In this document: positions 35,263 to 45,730 of the stretch, in pieces
Numbering within the stretch: position 1 is the first letter of the stretch
Layout: each line of letters begins with the position of its first letter
From: Myxococcota bacterium
GTDB taxonomy: Bacteria > Myxococcota_C > UBA6777
DNA length: 55,254 bases
Direction of reading: 5' to 3'
NCBI GenBank assembly: GCA_023150835.1
Contig: JAKLKB010000050.1
Coordinates: forward strand, 1-55,254
Notes under the pieces: generated by a model
What the model was told of the DNA's origin: nothing
Seen by the model: the letters and a program-made list of their open reading frames with translations, nothing else
Databases searched by the model: none
Position numbers and translations under genes: made by a program

Positions 35263-36639
35263 ATGAGGGAAGGAGACGAAGGGCGTGCGCGGATCTTGGT
35301 TGTGGATGACGAGGAAAGCATACGCCATATGCTCACGTTGTCTTTGCAGCGTGCGGGTTATGTTGTAAAGGCTGCGGAGGACGCGAGGGCTGTGTTGAGG
35401 CTGTTGGAGGGATACCAACCCGATGTGATCTTGTGCGATGTGCGGATGCCGGGGGAGATGGATGGGATGGCGTTGCTGGAATATCTGTGTGCGGAAAGAC
35501 ATTCTGCGAGGATGATCATGATGAGCGCGTATGGGAGTCGTGAAACTGCGTTGGAGGCGGTCCGTCGGGGCGCATACGATTACATTGAAAAGCCGATCCA
35601 ACGGGATGAATTGTTATTGATGCTGGAGAAATTATTAGAAAGAGAGCGATTGCGGCGAGAAAATCAAGCGTTGAGAGAAGTATTGCGTCGAGGAGAAGAA
35701 CAGGGGGGAATTGTGGCGTCTTCTTCGGTCATGCGAGACGTTTTGGAGGTTGCGCGGAAGGTGGCGTTGTTTCCAACGACGGTCTTATTGCAAGGGGAGA
35801 GCGGCACAGGGAAAGAAGTTCTCGCCCAAGCGATTCACCGATGGAGCCATCGGGCGCAAGGGCCTTGGACGGTGATCAATTGCGGAGCGATTCCCGAAGC
35901 GTTGTTGGAAAGTGAGCTGTTTGGGCATGCGAAGGGGGCTTTTACAGGAGCCCAACAAGAAAGGACGGGGCTATTTGAGGCTGCGCATGGGGGAACATTG
36001 TTTTTGGATGAGATCGGCGAGATGCCGAGTCTGTTGCAGGTGAAGTTGTTGCGAGCCTTGCAAGAAGGAGCCATCCGGCGCTTGGGGGAGACGGCCATGC
36101 GCCCGATCGATGTTCGTGTGATCGCCGCGAGCAATCGGGAACTTGAGCGAGAAGTTGAAGAAGGCCGCTTTCGTCAAGACCTGTACTACCGTTTGCACGT
36201 CGTGATGCTGACGTTGCCGCCGTTGCGAGAGAGGCGAGAGGATATCCCTTTGTTGGTTGAGCATTTTGTTGCGTTGTTAAACGCACGCTTTGGCACGCAC
36301 ATGGAAGGGGTGACACCTGATGCGATGAAACGATTGATGGCGTATCGGTGGCCGGGGAATGTGCGAGAGCTGCGCAACGTGATCGAGCGTGCGATGGTTT
36401 TGGCTGAGGGGGCGTGGTTAACTCCCAAAACGCTACCCCTTGGGATTTTTGCGGACTCTGTGGGGGTATCGCAAGACCCAGAGAGTCTTTCGTTAAAACG
36501 CGCAACGCGACATTTGGAAGAGGCATACATCCGCAAAGCGCTTGAAAAAACAGGTGGAAACCGCACTGCGGCTGCGAAGATGCTCGATATTAGCTTGCGG
36601 GCACTTCTGTACAAGATCAAAGAATACGGCTTAGCCTGA
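35263..36639 (+). CDS. NtrC-family sigma54-dependent response regulator (possibly PilR2-like)
   Basis: Receiver (ILVVDDE, DVRMP), GESGTGKE, GAFTGA, LFLDEIGE, WPGNVREL and a Fis-type HTH. Confidence 0.93.
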   Translation: MREGDEGRARILVVDDEESIRHMLTLSLQRAGYVVKAAEDARAVLRLLEGYQPDVILCDVRMPGEMDGMALLEYLCAERHSARMIMMSAYGSRETALEAVRRGAYDYIEKPIQRDELLLMLEKLLERERLRRENQALREVLRRGEEQGGIVASSSVMRDVLEVARKVALFPTTVLLQGESGTGKEVLAQAIHRWSHRAQGPWTVINCGAIPEALLESELFGHAKGAFTGAQQERTGLFEAAHGGTLFLDEIGEMPSLLQVKLLRALQEGAIRRLGETAMRPIDVRVIAASNRELEREVEEGRFRQDLYYRLHVVMLTLPPLRERREDIPLLVEHFVALLNARFGTHMEGVTPDAMKRLMAYRWPGNVRELRNVIERAMVLAEGAWLTPKTLPLGIFADSVGVSQDPESLSLKRATRHLEEAYIRKALEKTGGNRTAAAKMLDISLRALLYKIKEYGLA

Positions 36640-37749
36640 GCGTTTGGGGGAATCGAAGCTCACACAAAGATCAAGGTAATAAGCGCCGGGTGGAAACCGA
36701 TCTTGTGGGAGGAATTGGTGCAAGCGTTCGCATAGCAAATAACCTTCTTGGTAGGCTTTGCGCAAAAACAGTAGTGCTCGGTGGCTGATGAATGGGGTGT
36801 TGGGGCTTTGGGTGGCGAGCAGGTAGGCCCCGCGATGGGAGAGCGGCAGATGTTTTTCTTCGTGGACAGGGCTTGTGTCCCGTATCGAGCGAAGTTTATG
36901 TGTATAGGAGCATCGAAAAAAGCCGTCCTCAGGAGGATCTAGTTCAATGTATCGTTTCTCTCGACAGGATGGGCAGTATCCCTCAATGGATTCATATCGA
37001 GGCCATTGGATCTTGCATTGTTTGCATGGTTTGAGTTTGCCTTCGAAAGCTTCGATGCGGTTTTGAAATTCTTCAAAATGGGGTTTGGCAAGCCAAAATC
37101 GGCCTTCTTTGTGTGTTCCGACATGGACAAGGCGAGAATAAGGGAGGCGCAGTCCACTCTCTCGGCATCGGAGTCTGGTTTCTGCCTCGGTTGGGAGTGT
37201 TTCGGCGCGCATCTCTAGGTACTCTTGAAACATCGCGAGGATCTCTTCGTCGACTTCGCCAGCCAATCGTTTCATGGCTTCCACGATATCAGGATCGTAG
37301 AAGGGGGCGAGAGCTTGGACAGCGACGCGTTGAACGTCCGTTTCATCGTCAAGGGCTGCGATCAGGAGAGGGACAAAACGGAGTTCTTTTCTTCGTGCGA
37401 TGTGTTCGATGCTCGTGATGCGTTTTTCGAGAGAAGGGTCGCCCATTTTTCGCAGCACGGGTTCTTGCCAAAGGCTGCCTAAACCACGCATTGCGGCCCA
37501 TTGGACTTCCCACTCTGGATCTCTCAATTGGGCGAGCAAAAAGGGTTCGCTTTCTTCTTGAGGGTAAGCTGCGAGGGCTTCTGTGGCGATGGCTCGGATC
37601 TCCATATCGTCGTCTTCGAGCAAGGAGCAAATCGCGTGGAAAGCTTCTGTGGTTTTGAGATCGCGAAGTAGACGGATCGTGTCTTTGCGCGTCTCCCATT
37701 GGTCGTCTTGAGACATCTCAAAGGGGTTTTGTGTTTCGTTGCTCAACAA
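36631..37749 (-). CDS. HEAT-repeat protein with C-terminal zinc-ribbon-like region
   Basis: LLEDDDMEIRAIATEAL and LRDPEWEVQWAAMRGLG HEAT repeats; CKQC...CPSC; start uncertain. Confidence 0.78.
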   Translation of the reverse strand: MLSNETQNPFEMSQDDQWETRKDTIRLLRDLKTTEAFHAICSLLEDDDMEIRAIATEALAAYPQEESEPFLLAQLRDPEWEVQWAAMRGLGSLWQEPVLRKMGDPSLEKRITSIEHIARRKELRFVPLLIAALDDETDVQRVAVQALAPFYDPDIVEAMKRLAGEVDEEILAMFQEYLEMRAETLPTEAETRLRCRESGLRLPYSRLVHVGTHKEGRFWLAKPHFEEFQNRIEAFEGKLKPCKQCKIQWPRYESIEGYCPSCREKRYIELDPPEDGFFRCSYTHKLRSIRDTSPVHEEKHLPLSHRGAYLLATQSPNTPFISHRALLFLRKAYQEGYLLCERLHQFLPQDRFPPGAYYLDLCVSFDSPKRSG

Positions 37750-38356
37750 GCTTTCCTTTCTGACGGGGCAAAAAATGATGCAGGATGACTTCTATCCCGT
37801 TTTGTTCAAGGAGTTTTCGAAGAAGGTGAACGTGGTGCGTGTTATAAGGTCCGATGTGTGGGAGTTTTGTTTGCTTTTTCGCTGTTTCCCAGAGGCCGCG
37901 CAATCGTTGGCGTTGTTGAGCTTGGAGGCCGAGCAGTCGGGGGGGGGAGGGGCGGGAAAGTAGCCATATTTCTCCGATCATTCGGCGAGACCAGTATTCC
38001 CTTTGAAGAACCACCTCAAACAGGCGCAAGCGCAGGCCTGTATAGGCAGGCGCGATTTGTTGCATCAGATGCCGATCTTGAGCGGAGAAAGCCCACGCTC
38101 GTCGCTTGGAGTGGAAGCGTAGGTTTGGGCGAGTCGGCTGCGCACGTGTGCGCCGTTGAGCGCGGGTCATCGATCGTGTTGGTTTGGCGGATGGTTTGTT
38201 GCCTTGGGAGCGAAGGATCGTATGCAAAGATCGCAAATACGGGGTGGTTTGGTGGGTGGATCGGTGCGGTGGTGCGGCCTCCGCTGTGTAGGAGTGTGTT
38301 TGCTGTGCCAAGAAAAAAAAGGCGAGCCAAAGCAGAGTGTGATCGCGAAAGCGCAT
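37718..38356 (-). CDS. Hypothetical secreted basic protein
   Basis: 212-aa ORF with a signal-peptide-like start, co-oriented with and overlapping the HEAT gene; no recognisable motif. Confidence 0.55.
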   Translation of the reverse strand: MRFRDHTLLWLAFFFLAQQTHSYTAEAAPPHRSTHQTTPYLRSLHTILRSQGNKPSAKPTRSMTRAQRRTRAQPTRPNLRFHSKRRAWAFSAQDRHLMQQIAPAYTGLRLRLFEVVLQREYWSRRMIGEIWLLSRPSPPRLLGLQAQQRQRLRGLWETAKKQTKLPHIGPYNTHHVHLLRKLLEQNGIEVILHHFLPRQKGKLVEQRNTKPL

Positions 38357-38532
38357 GACGCCGCATCCTTTCGTTGTGTTCTTGCTCTCCTTGTTCTATG
38401 TTCGGCATTTTGGAAAGGCAAGAGCAACAAGCGGCTTTGTTCGATCTGTTCGGGTCTTTTCGAAAGAATTGTCCGTGTTTTTATGTACGCTAGCGTGTCT
38501 ACAACCAAACAAGCACAAGGAACAGCAAAATT

Positions 38533-39582
38533 ATGGTCGAGCATCGTAAAGAACAGGCAAAAGCAAAGCAACAGCATCGATCGCCGAAAGGCGGGAGCGA
38601 GAAAAACAAGCGTGTTTCGGAGAAAAACGCTTCGCATCAACGGCGTGAAGGCTCGATGTTTCTTTCCGAAACAAAGGTTCCGAAAACCCAAAAAGATGTC
38701 GCCTTGCGACCCATACGACGACCTGAGCCTTCCACAAATCTTGGTGGAGCATTTGGGGAAGATTCAGTCTCTTTGGAGGCTGAGTCTGCTGATCTATCCG
38801 AACGCGAGTCCTCCGGGTCTTTCGCGGCTGCACAGCCCGAGCATGACTGGGTATTTGGAGTCCACGCCGTGAAGGCTTTTTTGGATACTCGGGCAGAAGA
38901 AGCAGAGGAAGTGATCTTGCCAGAGCAAGCACAACGCACACACGCGGATTTGATCCATAAAGCCCAAGAGTCTGGAGTCTTGGTTCGGTATCGCCCGCGA
39001 TCTTTTTTGGATCGTCTGCTTCCTCAATGCAATCACCAAGGCGTTGCGTTACGACGCCGTCGCTTTGTGTACGCATCTTTTGACGCGATCTTGGCTGAGC
39101 CTCCAGAAGGGGCTTTGTTGTTGCTGGTAGGTATTCAAGATCCCGGAAATGTCGGGGCAATCTTGCGCTCTGCTCGCGCTTTTGGCGTTCGTGCGATCTT
39201 GCTTAGCCAGCGCGATACTTGTCCGATCAATCAAGCCGTATACAAGGCTTCTGTGGGAGCGATCGAATCGCTACAGATCACGCAAATTCGAAAACCGATC
39301 GAAGCGATCGCTGCTTTGAAAGATGCTGGGTGGTGGGTCTTGGGTCTTGCCCCTGGTGGACGCCTGCTCGCGCAATTTGATCTTTGTCGCCCGTTGGTCT
39401 TTGTTCTTGGAGCCGAAGGAGCCGGACTCAAGCCTTCCATCCAAAAGCATTGTGATGCGTTGCTCGGGATCCCGATGGGTGTTGGATGGGATTCGCTAAA
39501 TGTCTCTGTTTCTGGAGGAATTGCTCTCTATGAATGGCAACGGCAATGCCAAGAGAAAATTGCCCTTGACAGCAAAACATGA
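38533..39582 (+). CDS. rlmB: 23S rRNA Gm2251 2'-O-methyltransferase RlmB (TrmH/SpoU family) with N-terminal extension
   Basis: VFGVHAV, NHQGV, IQDPGNVGAILRSA, LGAEGAGL and IPM...DSLNVSV; position before the tRNA-tuf cluster. Confidence 0.88.
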   Translation: MVEHRKEQAKAKQQHRSPKGGSEKNKRVSEKNASHQRREGSMFLSETKVPKTQKDVALRPIRRPEPSTNLGGAFGEDSVSLEAESADLSERESSGSFAAAQPEHDWVFGVHAVKAFLDTRAEEAEEVILPEQAQRTHADLIHKAQESGVLVRYRPRSFLDRLLPQCNHQGVALRRRRFVYASFDAILAEPPEGALLLLVGIQDPGNVGAILRSARAFGVRAILLSQRDTCPINQAVYKASVGAIESLQITQIRKPIEAIAALKDAGWWVLGLAPGGRLLAQFDLCRPLVFVLGAEGAGLKPSIQKHCDALLGIPMGVGWDSLNVSVSGGIALYEWQRQCQEKIALDSKT

Positions 39583-39594
39583 AAGTGCTAAAAC
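39566..39594 (+). promoter_or_regulatory. Sigma70-type promoter P1 of the tRNA-tuf operon
   Basis: TTGACA, 17 bp, TAAAAC with a TG extension. Confidence 0.55.
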
Positions 39595-39699
39595 CTCTGC
39601 ACTTTTCGCAACGACGGCTGAGAACGGCTCGGTTGTTTGTGTGATGTTTCGGTTTCGCCCCACCGTCAACACAAAAGTTGTGCTCTTTGAAAATAAAAC

Positions 39700-39728
39700 T
39701 TGACAGGTGCCTTTTCCTTAGGTAAAAG
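39700..39728 (+). promoter_or_regulatory. Sigma70-type promoter P2 of the tRNA-tuf operon
   Basis: TTGACA, 17 bp, TAAAAG, preceded by an A-rich UP-like tract. Confidence 0.55.
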
Positions 39729-39799
39729 GTGCCTCCGAACTTTCGCTATCACAAAAATCAAACCCTTTGATCGTGTGCGCGTAAAGAAGTCAAACACAC

Positions 39800-39872
39800 G
39801 CTGGTGTAGCTCAGTAGGTAGAGCGTCTCCCTTGTAAGGAGAGGGTCGCGGGTTCGATTCCTGTCGCCAGCT
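39800..39872 (+). tRNA. tRNA-Thr(UGU)
   Basis: Acceptor GCTGGTG/CGCCAGC; anticodon arm TCTCC-CTTGTAA-GGAGA; GTTCGA T-loop; CCA not encoded. Confidence 0.95.
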
Positions 39873-39889
39873 TAGTTCGACACCCTCTT

Positions 39890-39962
39890 GCGGGAATAGC
39901 TCAATTGGTAGAGCGTCAGCCTTCCAAGCTGAATGTCGCGGGTTCGAATCCCGTTTCCCGCT
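39890..39962 (+). tRNA. tRNA-Gly(UCC)
   Basis: Acceptor GCGGGAA/TTCCCGC; anticodon arm TCAGC-CTTCCAA-GCTGA. Confidence 0.96.
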
Positions 39963-39972
39963 TGAATGATCC

Positions 39973-40045
<73 letters not shown>

Positions 40046-40251
40046 TTCTCTCTGATGTGTATTGTGCAAACAATACCCCCCTTTTGGGTTTCTCGATCCG
40101 AGAAACCTCCGATCAACAAAGCAAAAATTGCGTGTTCCTTGCGATTGTTCAACAGGAACGCTTCCTTATCTGGGCAAATCTAAGTTTTGGCTTGTTTTTG
40201 CCGAATACTTCATCCACAAGCAATGTTCGCGAGTATGGAGAGCAGGCTGCT

Positions 40252-41439
40252 ATGTCGAAAGAAAAATTTTCGAGGACCAAGCCCCACGTTAACGTGGGTA
40301 CCATTGGACACGTTGACCATGGAAAAACCACGCTGACCGCAGCCATTACAACCGTTTTGGCCAGTATGGGCAAATCCAAAGCCATGGCCTATGATCAAAT
40401 CGACAAGGCCCCCGAAGAAAAAGAGCGCGGGATTACTATCAACACCGCGCACGTCGAGTACGAGTCCGATTCCCGCCACTACGCACACGTCGACTGCCCG
40501 GGCCACGCTGACTATATCAAAAACATGATCACCGGCGCAGCACAAATGGATGGTGCTATCCTTGTTGTGGCTGCCTCGGACGGTGCGATGCCTCAAACAC
40601 GTGAACACGTTCTCTTGGCCAAACAAGTCAACGTCCCCCATCTTGTTGTTTTCTTGAACAAAGTGGACCTTGTGGATGACGCCGAGATCCTTGAGATCGT
40701 TGAAATGGAAATCCGCGAACTCCTCAATAAATACGAGTATCCCGGCGATGATACCCCTATTATCAAAGGCTCGGCTCGCGCTGCCCTCGAAACTCCAAAT
40801 CCCCAAACCATCAAGTGCATCATGGAACTTGTTGATGCGCTTGACACGTTTATTCCCGAGCCGATTCGCGCCATCGACAAACCCTTTTTGATGCCGATCG
40901 AAGATGTGTTCACCATCTCGGGTCGTGGTACTGTTGTCACAGGCCGTGTGGAGCGTGGAATTGTCCGCGTTGGTGAAGAAATCGAGATCGTCGGCTTTGG
41001 CGATACCCGCAAAACCACCGTGACCGGTGTGGAAATGTTCCGCAAGTTGCTTGACGAAGGCCGCGCAGGCGACAACGTTGGTGCTCTCCTTCGTGGCATC
41101 AAGCGCGAAGACGTTGAACGCGGTCAGGTTCTCGCAAAACCCGGGTCGATCAAACCGCACACCAAATTCAAAGCGGAAGTGTATGTCCTCAGCAAAGAAG
41201 AAGGCGGTCGCCATACCCCCTTCTTCAAAGGCTACCGTCCACAGTTCTACTTCCGTACCACCGATGTGACAGGTTCAATCATTCTTCCCGATGGCGTGGA
41301 AATGATTATGCCCGGTGACAACACCGCTCTTGCGGTGGAGTTGATCACCCCCGTCGCTTTGGAAAAAGAACTCCGCTTCGCGATCCGTGAAGGTGGTCGT
41401 ACCGTCGGCGCAGGCGTTGTCACCGAGATCATCGGCTAA
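40252..41439 (+). CDS. tuf: Elongation factor Tu
   Basis: [35 protein letters not shown] and [10 protein letters not shown]. Confidence 0.99.
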   Translation: MSKEKFSRTKPHVNVGTIGHVDHGKTTLTAAITTVLASMGKSKAMAYDQIDKAPEEKERGITINTAHVEYESDSRHYAHVDCPGHADYIKNMITGAAQMDGAILVVAASDGAMPQTREHVLLAKQVNVPHLVVFLNKVDLVDDAEILEIVEMEIRELLNKYEYPGDDTPIIKGSARAALETPNPQTIKCIMELVDALDTFIPEPIRAIDKPFLMPIEDVFTISGRGTVVTGRVERGIVRVGEEIEIVGFGDTRKTTVTGVEMFRKLLDEGRAGDNVGALLRGIKREDVERGQVLAKPGSIKPHTKFKAEVYVLSKEEGGRHTPFFKGYRPQFYFRTTDVTGSIILPDGVEMIMPGDNTALAVELITPVALEKELRFAIREGGRTVGAGVVTEIIG

Positions 41440-41477
41440 ACAAGTTTCCCTTTAGAGAAGATCTTTGTCTTCTCGAT

Positions 41478-41550
41478 AGGCCAATAGCTCAGTTGGTAGA
41501 GCAGCGGACTCCAAATCCGCAGGTCGGGGGTTCAAGTCCCTCTTGGCCTG
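41478..41550 (+). tRNA. tRNA-Trp(CCA)
   Basis: Acceptor AGGCCAA/TTGGCCT; anticodon arm GCGGA-CTCCAAA-TCCGC. Confidence 0.96.
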
Positions 41551-41637
41551 TTTTTTTGAATTCAAAGTCGCTCTTTTTTCTCCTGTATCTTCTTCGGGGA
41601 AAAAGCGACTTTTTGCATGAAATAGGTGCCCGAAAAG

Positions 41638-42030
41638 ATGGACAAACATCGGCGTTGGGTTGTGTTGGCTTTTCTCGGATTGGGCCTTTTGGGTGTTTGG
41701 GTCTTGGGCGAAACGTTTAAAAGTCTTTTTTATTATCTTCGCCCGTACGGTGTTCGTGATTACGTCATCCTTACCGAAAGTTTCACGCTCGCCAACTTGA
41801 TCGGCTTTGTTGTGGCCGCGGGAATCAGCCTTCGGCTTTGGTTTCATCAAGACGTCAACCAAGCAGCCCACGAAGTAATCGACGAGATGTACCGCGTGAC
41901 GTGGCCGACAGGCAAAGACACACAAACGTCTACAATCGTTGTCATCATCACCACGATTATCTTTTCTCTATTCTTGTGGTTTTTTGATCAAGTGTGGTCA
42001 TGGGCGACGACTTTCCTATACCGCATTTAA
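41638..42030 (+). CDS. secE: Preprotein translocase subunit SecE (3-TM form)
   Basis: EVIDEMYRVTWPT followed by a TM helix; between tRNA-Trp and nusG. Confidence 0.92.
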   Translation: MDKHRRWVVLAFLGLGLLGVWVLGETFKSLFYYLRPYGVRDYVILTESFTLANLIGFVVAAGISLRLWFHQDVNQAAHEVIDEMYRVTWPTGKDTQTSTIVVIITTIIFSLFLWFFDQVWSWATTFLYRI

Positions 42031-42326
42031 GTTCTCGGTCGCTTTGTGCTCTCTTTTTCGGCTCGCATCGGACGAAAAAGACGAACCTCTACTTCTCCGA
42101 TTTGATAAGCGGTTCTTGTTTTGGGGATCTCCCTTTTTCGGTCGGGTGGTTGTGTTTTTCTTAACTCGCGCCTCCTTACCTTCCACAATTTCCGCTAACT
42201 TCTTGTGTTCACCAACCCCCCCCACAAGACGAGTTCTATCCTCCCGGTCGTGTTTTGCCGTCGATACGGCAAAAGAAGACAAGGGCGCATCAGAAGATCG
42301 TTCCTTTTCTTCTAGGAGACTGTACA

Positions 42327-42884
42327 TTGGGCAAAGAAGAAAAACTCAAGTGGTATGTGGTTAACACATATTCCGGCTTCGAGCACAAAGCCAAAAAAAG
42401 CCTTCAACAACGCATCATCCAAGAATCCCTAGAAGATCACTTTGGAGATCTTGAAGAGGGAATCTTGATTCCTGTCGAAAAAGTGGTAGAAAACGCCAAA
42501 GGCGGCGCAAAAAAAACTTCTGAGCGCAAATTCTACCCGGGATATATGCTGATCCAGATGATCCTGACGGACGAAACGTGGCACCTCGTCAAGACGACCC
42601 CAAAGATATCCGGCTTTATCGGCAATTCAAAACATCCAGTCCCCGTTCCTGCTTCCGAAGTCCGTAAGATCACACAACAAATGGAAGAAGGCGCACAACG
42701 CCCCAAACCACGCGTTGAATTCGAAATGGGCGAAGAAGTCCGCGTCACAGAAGGGCCTTTTATGAACTTCAACGGCACCATCGAAGAAGTTCGCCCTGAC
42801 AAAGGCAAAGTACGGGTCATGGTCAGCATTTTTGGTCGTTCTACTCCCGTAGAACTGGACTTTTCGCAGGTCGAAAAGCTATAG
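42327..42884 (+). CDS. nusG: Transcription factor NusG
   Basis: TTG start after AGGAG; WYVVNTYSGFE, FYPGY, GPFMNFNG and IFGRSTPVEL. Confidence 0.97.
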   Translation: MGKEEKLKWYVVNTYSGFEHKAKKSLQQRIIQESLEDHFGDLEEGILIPVEKVVENAKGGAKKTSERKFYPGYMLIQMILTDETWHLVKTTPKISGFIGNSKHPVPVPASEVRKITQQMEEGAQRPKPRVEFEMGEEVRVTEGPFMNFNGTIEEVRPDKGKVRVMVSIFGRSTPVELDFSQVEKL

Positions 42885-42946
42885 CGCTCGCATCATGCTG
42901 TAGTGGCTTGTTCTTGCGTCTGTGAACAAACATTGAGGTTAAGGCG

Positions 42947-43387
42947 ATGGCCAAAAAATTAATGGCGGAAGTGAAACTCCAGTGTCCCGCCGGACGAGCG
43001 AACCCTTCGCCGCCTGTCGGCCCTGCGCTGGGCCAACACGGCGTCAATATCATGGAGTTCGTAAAACAGTTCAACGCACGCACCGCAGATCAAGTGGGCA
43101 TGATCATTCCCGTTGTGATCTCGGTTTTTCAAGATCGCTCGTTTACCTTTATTACCAAAACTCCTCCTGCATCGGTTTTGATTAAGAAAGAGCTTGGCTT
43201 GGCGACCACGAAAAAGCCGGGTTCAGGCTCCAAAAAGCCCGGAAAAGAAAAAGTGGGTGCGTTGTCTTGGGAACAGATCGAAAGCATCGCGAAATTAAAA
43301 CTGCCCGATCTCAACGCCAACAACGTTGAAGCCGCAAAGAAAATTATTGCTGGAACCGCTCGATCCATGGGTGTGGATGTTCGCTAG
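42947..43387 (+). CDS. rplK: 50S ribosomal protein L11
   Basis: [18 protein letters not shown] and GTARSMG; short insertion in [11 protein letters not shown]. Confidence 0.98.
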   Translation: MAKKLMAEVKLQCPAGRANPSPPVGPALGQHGVNIMEFVKQFNARTADQVGMIIPVVISVFQDRSFTFITKTPPASVLIKKELGLATTKKPGSGSKKPGKEKVGALSWEQIESIAKLKLPDLNANNVEAAKKIIAGTARSMGVDVR

Positions 43388-43501
43388 TTTTCTTGTTTCG
43401 AAACGCTCTTTCGGAGCTCTTCACCACCACGACGTTTGAACTACGACCTCTTTTGTGTGCCGCTTATCAAGAAAGGCCCACAACAAACGTAGGAGTCTCT
43501 T

Positions 43502-44278
43502 ATGCCACGCATTCCAAAAAAGCGCGAAGGCTCTTTGCGCGAAAAAGGCAAACGAATTACCCAATCACGTGGGAAAAAAAGCCAAGCAGCCCGTCAACTC
43601 ATCGAAACAGGCCGCTTGTATTCGTTTGACGAAGCTCTCGATCTATTGAAAAAACCCGAATTCAACTATGCACGCTTTAACCAAAGTGTTGACATCGCTG
43701 TCCAGTTGGGTGTCGATCCACGAAAATCAGAACAAATGGTTCGTGGAGCTGTTGTTCTTCCCAACGGTACAGGAAAAACGGTCCGGATCGTTGTGTTTGC
43801 AAAAGGTGAAAAAGCCAAAGAAGCACAAGAAGCAGGTGCCGATGTTGTGGGTGGCGAAGATCTCGTTGAAAAAATCCGCACGGAAAACTGGCTGGAGTTC
43901 GATAAGGCCATCGCAACACCAGACATGATGCGCCACGTGGGTTTGATCGGTAAACTCCTTGGCCCGCGTGGCTTGATGCCCAGCCCTAAAGTCGGAACGG
44001 TGACGTTTGACGTGGGTAACGCGGTTCGTGAACAAAAATCCGGAAAAGTAGAGTACCGCGTCGACAAAGCAGGCATCGTTCACGCCAGCGTCGGCAAGGT
44101 CTCTTTTTCTCCAGAACAACTTCGTGGAAACTTGCTCGCGATCTTTGATAATATCATGCGCGCAAAACCCGCCACTTCAAAGGGTGTATACCTCCAGAAG
44201 ATCAGCTTTTCTCTCACGCAAAGCCCGAGCGTGACGGTTGATGTCGCTTCCATCCAAAGCGCACTCAAAGCAAGCTGA
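43502..44278 (+). CDS. rplA: 50S ribosomal protein L1
   Basis: LGVDPRK, LPNGTGK and [22 protein letters not shown]. Confidence 0.98.
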   Translation: MPRIPKKREGSLREKGKRITQSRGKKSQAARQLIETGRLYSFDEALDLLKKPEFNYARFNQSVDIAVQLGVDPRKSEQMVRGAVVLPNGTGKTVRIVVFAKGEKAKEAQEAGADVVGGEDLVEKIRTENWLEFDKAIATPDMMRHVGLIGKLLGPRGLMPSPKVGTVTFDVGNAVREQKSGKVEYRVDKAGIVHASVGKVSFSPEQLRGNLLAIFDNIMRAKPATSKGVYLQKISFSLTQSPSVTVDVASIQSALKAS

Positions 44279-44304
44279 TCCTGAAGGAAAAGAATCTATC
44301 GTTC

Positions 44305-44355
44305 TTGTCGAAGACAGCAGGGCCTTTTTGGATAATCTCACCTGCCGAGGCAAGC
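44305..44355 (+). ncRNA. L10 leader autoregulatory element (core)
   Basis: TCGAAGACAGCAGG...TAA...CCTGCCGAGG upstream of rplJ, matching the known L10-leader core. Confidence 0.75.
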
Positions 44356-44477
44356 CAACCGATGCGTTTCCTTCTTCTTTTTCTGAAAGATGAACCAAAC
44401 ACTGTTGACTTGGTTTCTTTGGCTTGATGGGAATTTTCTTGAAAGGCCGCACTTGCCCCGAAGGAAGGAGCAATACC

Positions 44478-45002
44478 TTGGATCGTGCCTATAAAGGAGA
44501 ACAGATCGCGGCCATGCGAGCTGATTTTGAATCCGTGCAAGGTGCCGTTCTTGCCGATTTTAAAGGCTTGTCTGTTCGTGATATTACAGAGATCCGCCGT
44601 GCCTTTCGTCAACAGGGCGTCTCGGTTCGTGTCGTAAAAAATACCCTTGCCCGCATCGCGACGCAAGGGACCAAGCTTGCGGTGATCGGTTCCGATTTTG
44701 TCGGTACCACCGCCATCGCTTACAGCAAAGAAGATCCTGTGGCCCCTGCCCGTGTCGCCGAAGAATGCGCCAAAACCAAAGACAAATTCATTGTCAAAGG
44801 CGGATACGTCGACGGCACACGCTTGGACCGCAAAGGCGTCGAACAACTTGCCAAACTGCCCTCCCGCGAAGAACTTCGCGCCAAGTTGCTCGGCACGTTG
44901 GTTGCTCCCGCAACTCAATTGGTTCGCCTTTTCAATGCTGTTCCGCAACAAGTTGTGTTTCTTCTCGACGCACAACGACGCAAGCTCAACGGCGAAGAAT
45001 AA
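44478..45002 (+). CDS. rplJ: 50S ribosomal protein L10
   Basis: TTG start after AAGGAG; GLSV, VVKNTLA and LAKLPSREEL. Confidence 0.96.
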   Translation: MDRAYKGEQIAAMRADFESVQGAVLADFKGLSVRDITEIRRAFRQQGVSVRVVKNTLARIATQGTKLAVIGSDFVGTTAIAYSKEDPVAPARVAEECAKTKDKFIVKGGYVDGTRLDRKGVEQLAKLPSREELRAKLLGTLVAPATQLVRLFNAVPQQVVFLLDAQRRKLNGEE

Positions 45003-45106
45003 GACGCTTTGTCTCGCGAAAAGCGGCCAAATCCTCGTGATAAGGACCGCAAGAAAACAGAAAAACCTCAAAATTGAGGGCTTTTTCCCATCCAGATCGT
45101 CGCATC

Positions 45107-45150
45107 CGTTTGAGTGGCATTGAAACGTTTGAATGGCATTAAAACGTTTG
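45107..45150. repeat. 19-bp tandem repeat (about 2.3 copies) between rplJ and rplL
   Basis: CGTTTGAGTGGCATTGAAA / CGTTTGAATGGCATTAAAA / CGTTTG. Confidence 0.8.
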
Positions 45151-45195
45151 GACAGACGAGCACCGAAACAAACAAAACCAAGTGGAGTGTTTCCC

Positions 45196-45585
45196 ATGAG
45201 TGATTTTGAAAAAGTGAAAACCGAGATCATCGACAAACTCAGCAACCTCACCGTCTTGCAGATCGCAGAACTCGTGAAAGATCTCGAAGGCAAGTGGGGC
45301 GTCTCCGCCGCTGCCGCTGCCGGCCCTGTCGTGGTTGCTGCCGCTGCTGGCCCCGCAGCTCCCGTCGAAGAAAAAACCGAGTTTGACGTCATCCTGACCG
45401 GCTTTGGCGACAAAAAGATCCAAGTGATCAAAGAAATCCGCACCGTGACCGGTCTTGGCCTCAAAGAAGCCAAGGATCTCGTTGAAGGCGTGCCCAAGCC
45501 CGTCAAAGAAGGCATCTCCAAAGAAGAAGCCGCGAACCTCAAGAAGCAACTCGAAGAAGCCGGCGCTACCATCGAGATCAAGTAA
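45196..45585 (+). CDS. rplL: 50S ribosomal protein L7/L12
   Basis: GVSAAAAA hinge, EEKTEFDV and [12 protein letters not shown]. Confidence 0.98.
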   Translation: MSDFEKVKTEIIDKLSNLTVLQIAELVKDLEGKWGVSAAAAAGPVVVAAAAGPAAPVEEKTEFDVILTGFGDKKIQVIKEIRTVTGLGLKEAKDLVEGVPKPVKEGISKEEAANLKKQLEEAGATIEIK

Positions 45586-45730
45586 TCTCGCCCGTTTTAT
45601 CTTTGTGTCGGCGATCACAACACCGACCGTCCGATCACAAAGGTTAAACTTGAGAAGAATTCCCTCCCTTCGAGGGGTCTTTTCACGTTTGGCCTTTGCG
45701 CTCTCTCTGCTCAGGTTGAGCAACATGACG

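Noticed and set aside
39800-39872. Reading the first tRNA as Tyr because GTA occurs in its loop
   Set aside because: The 7-nt loop CTTGTAA centres on TGT, the variable arm is short, and the acceptor end is Thr-like.
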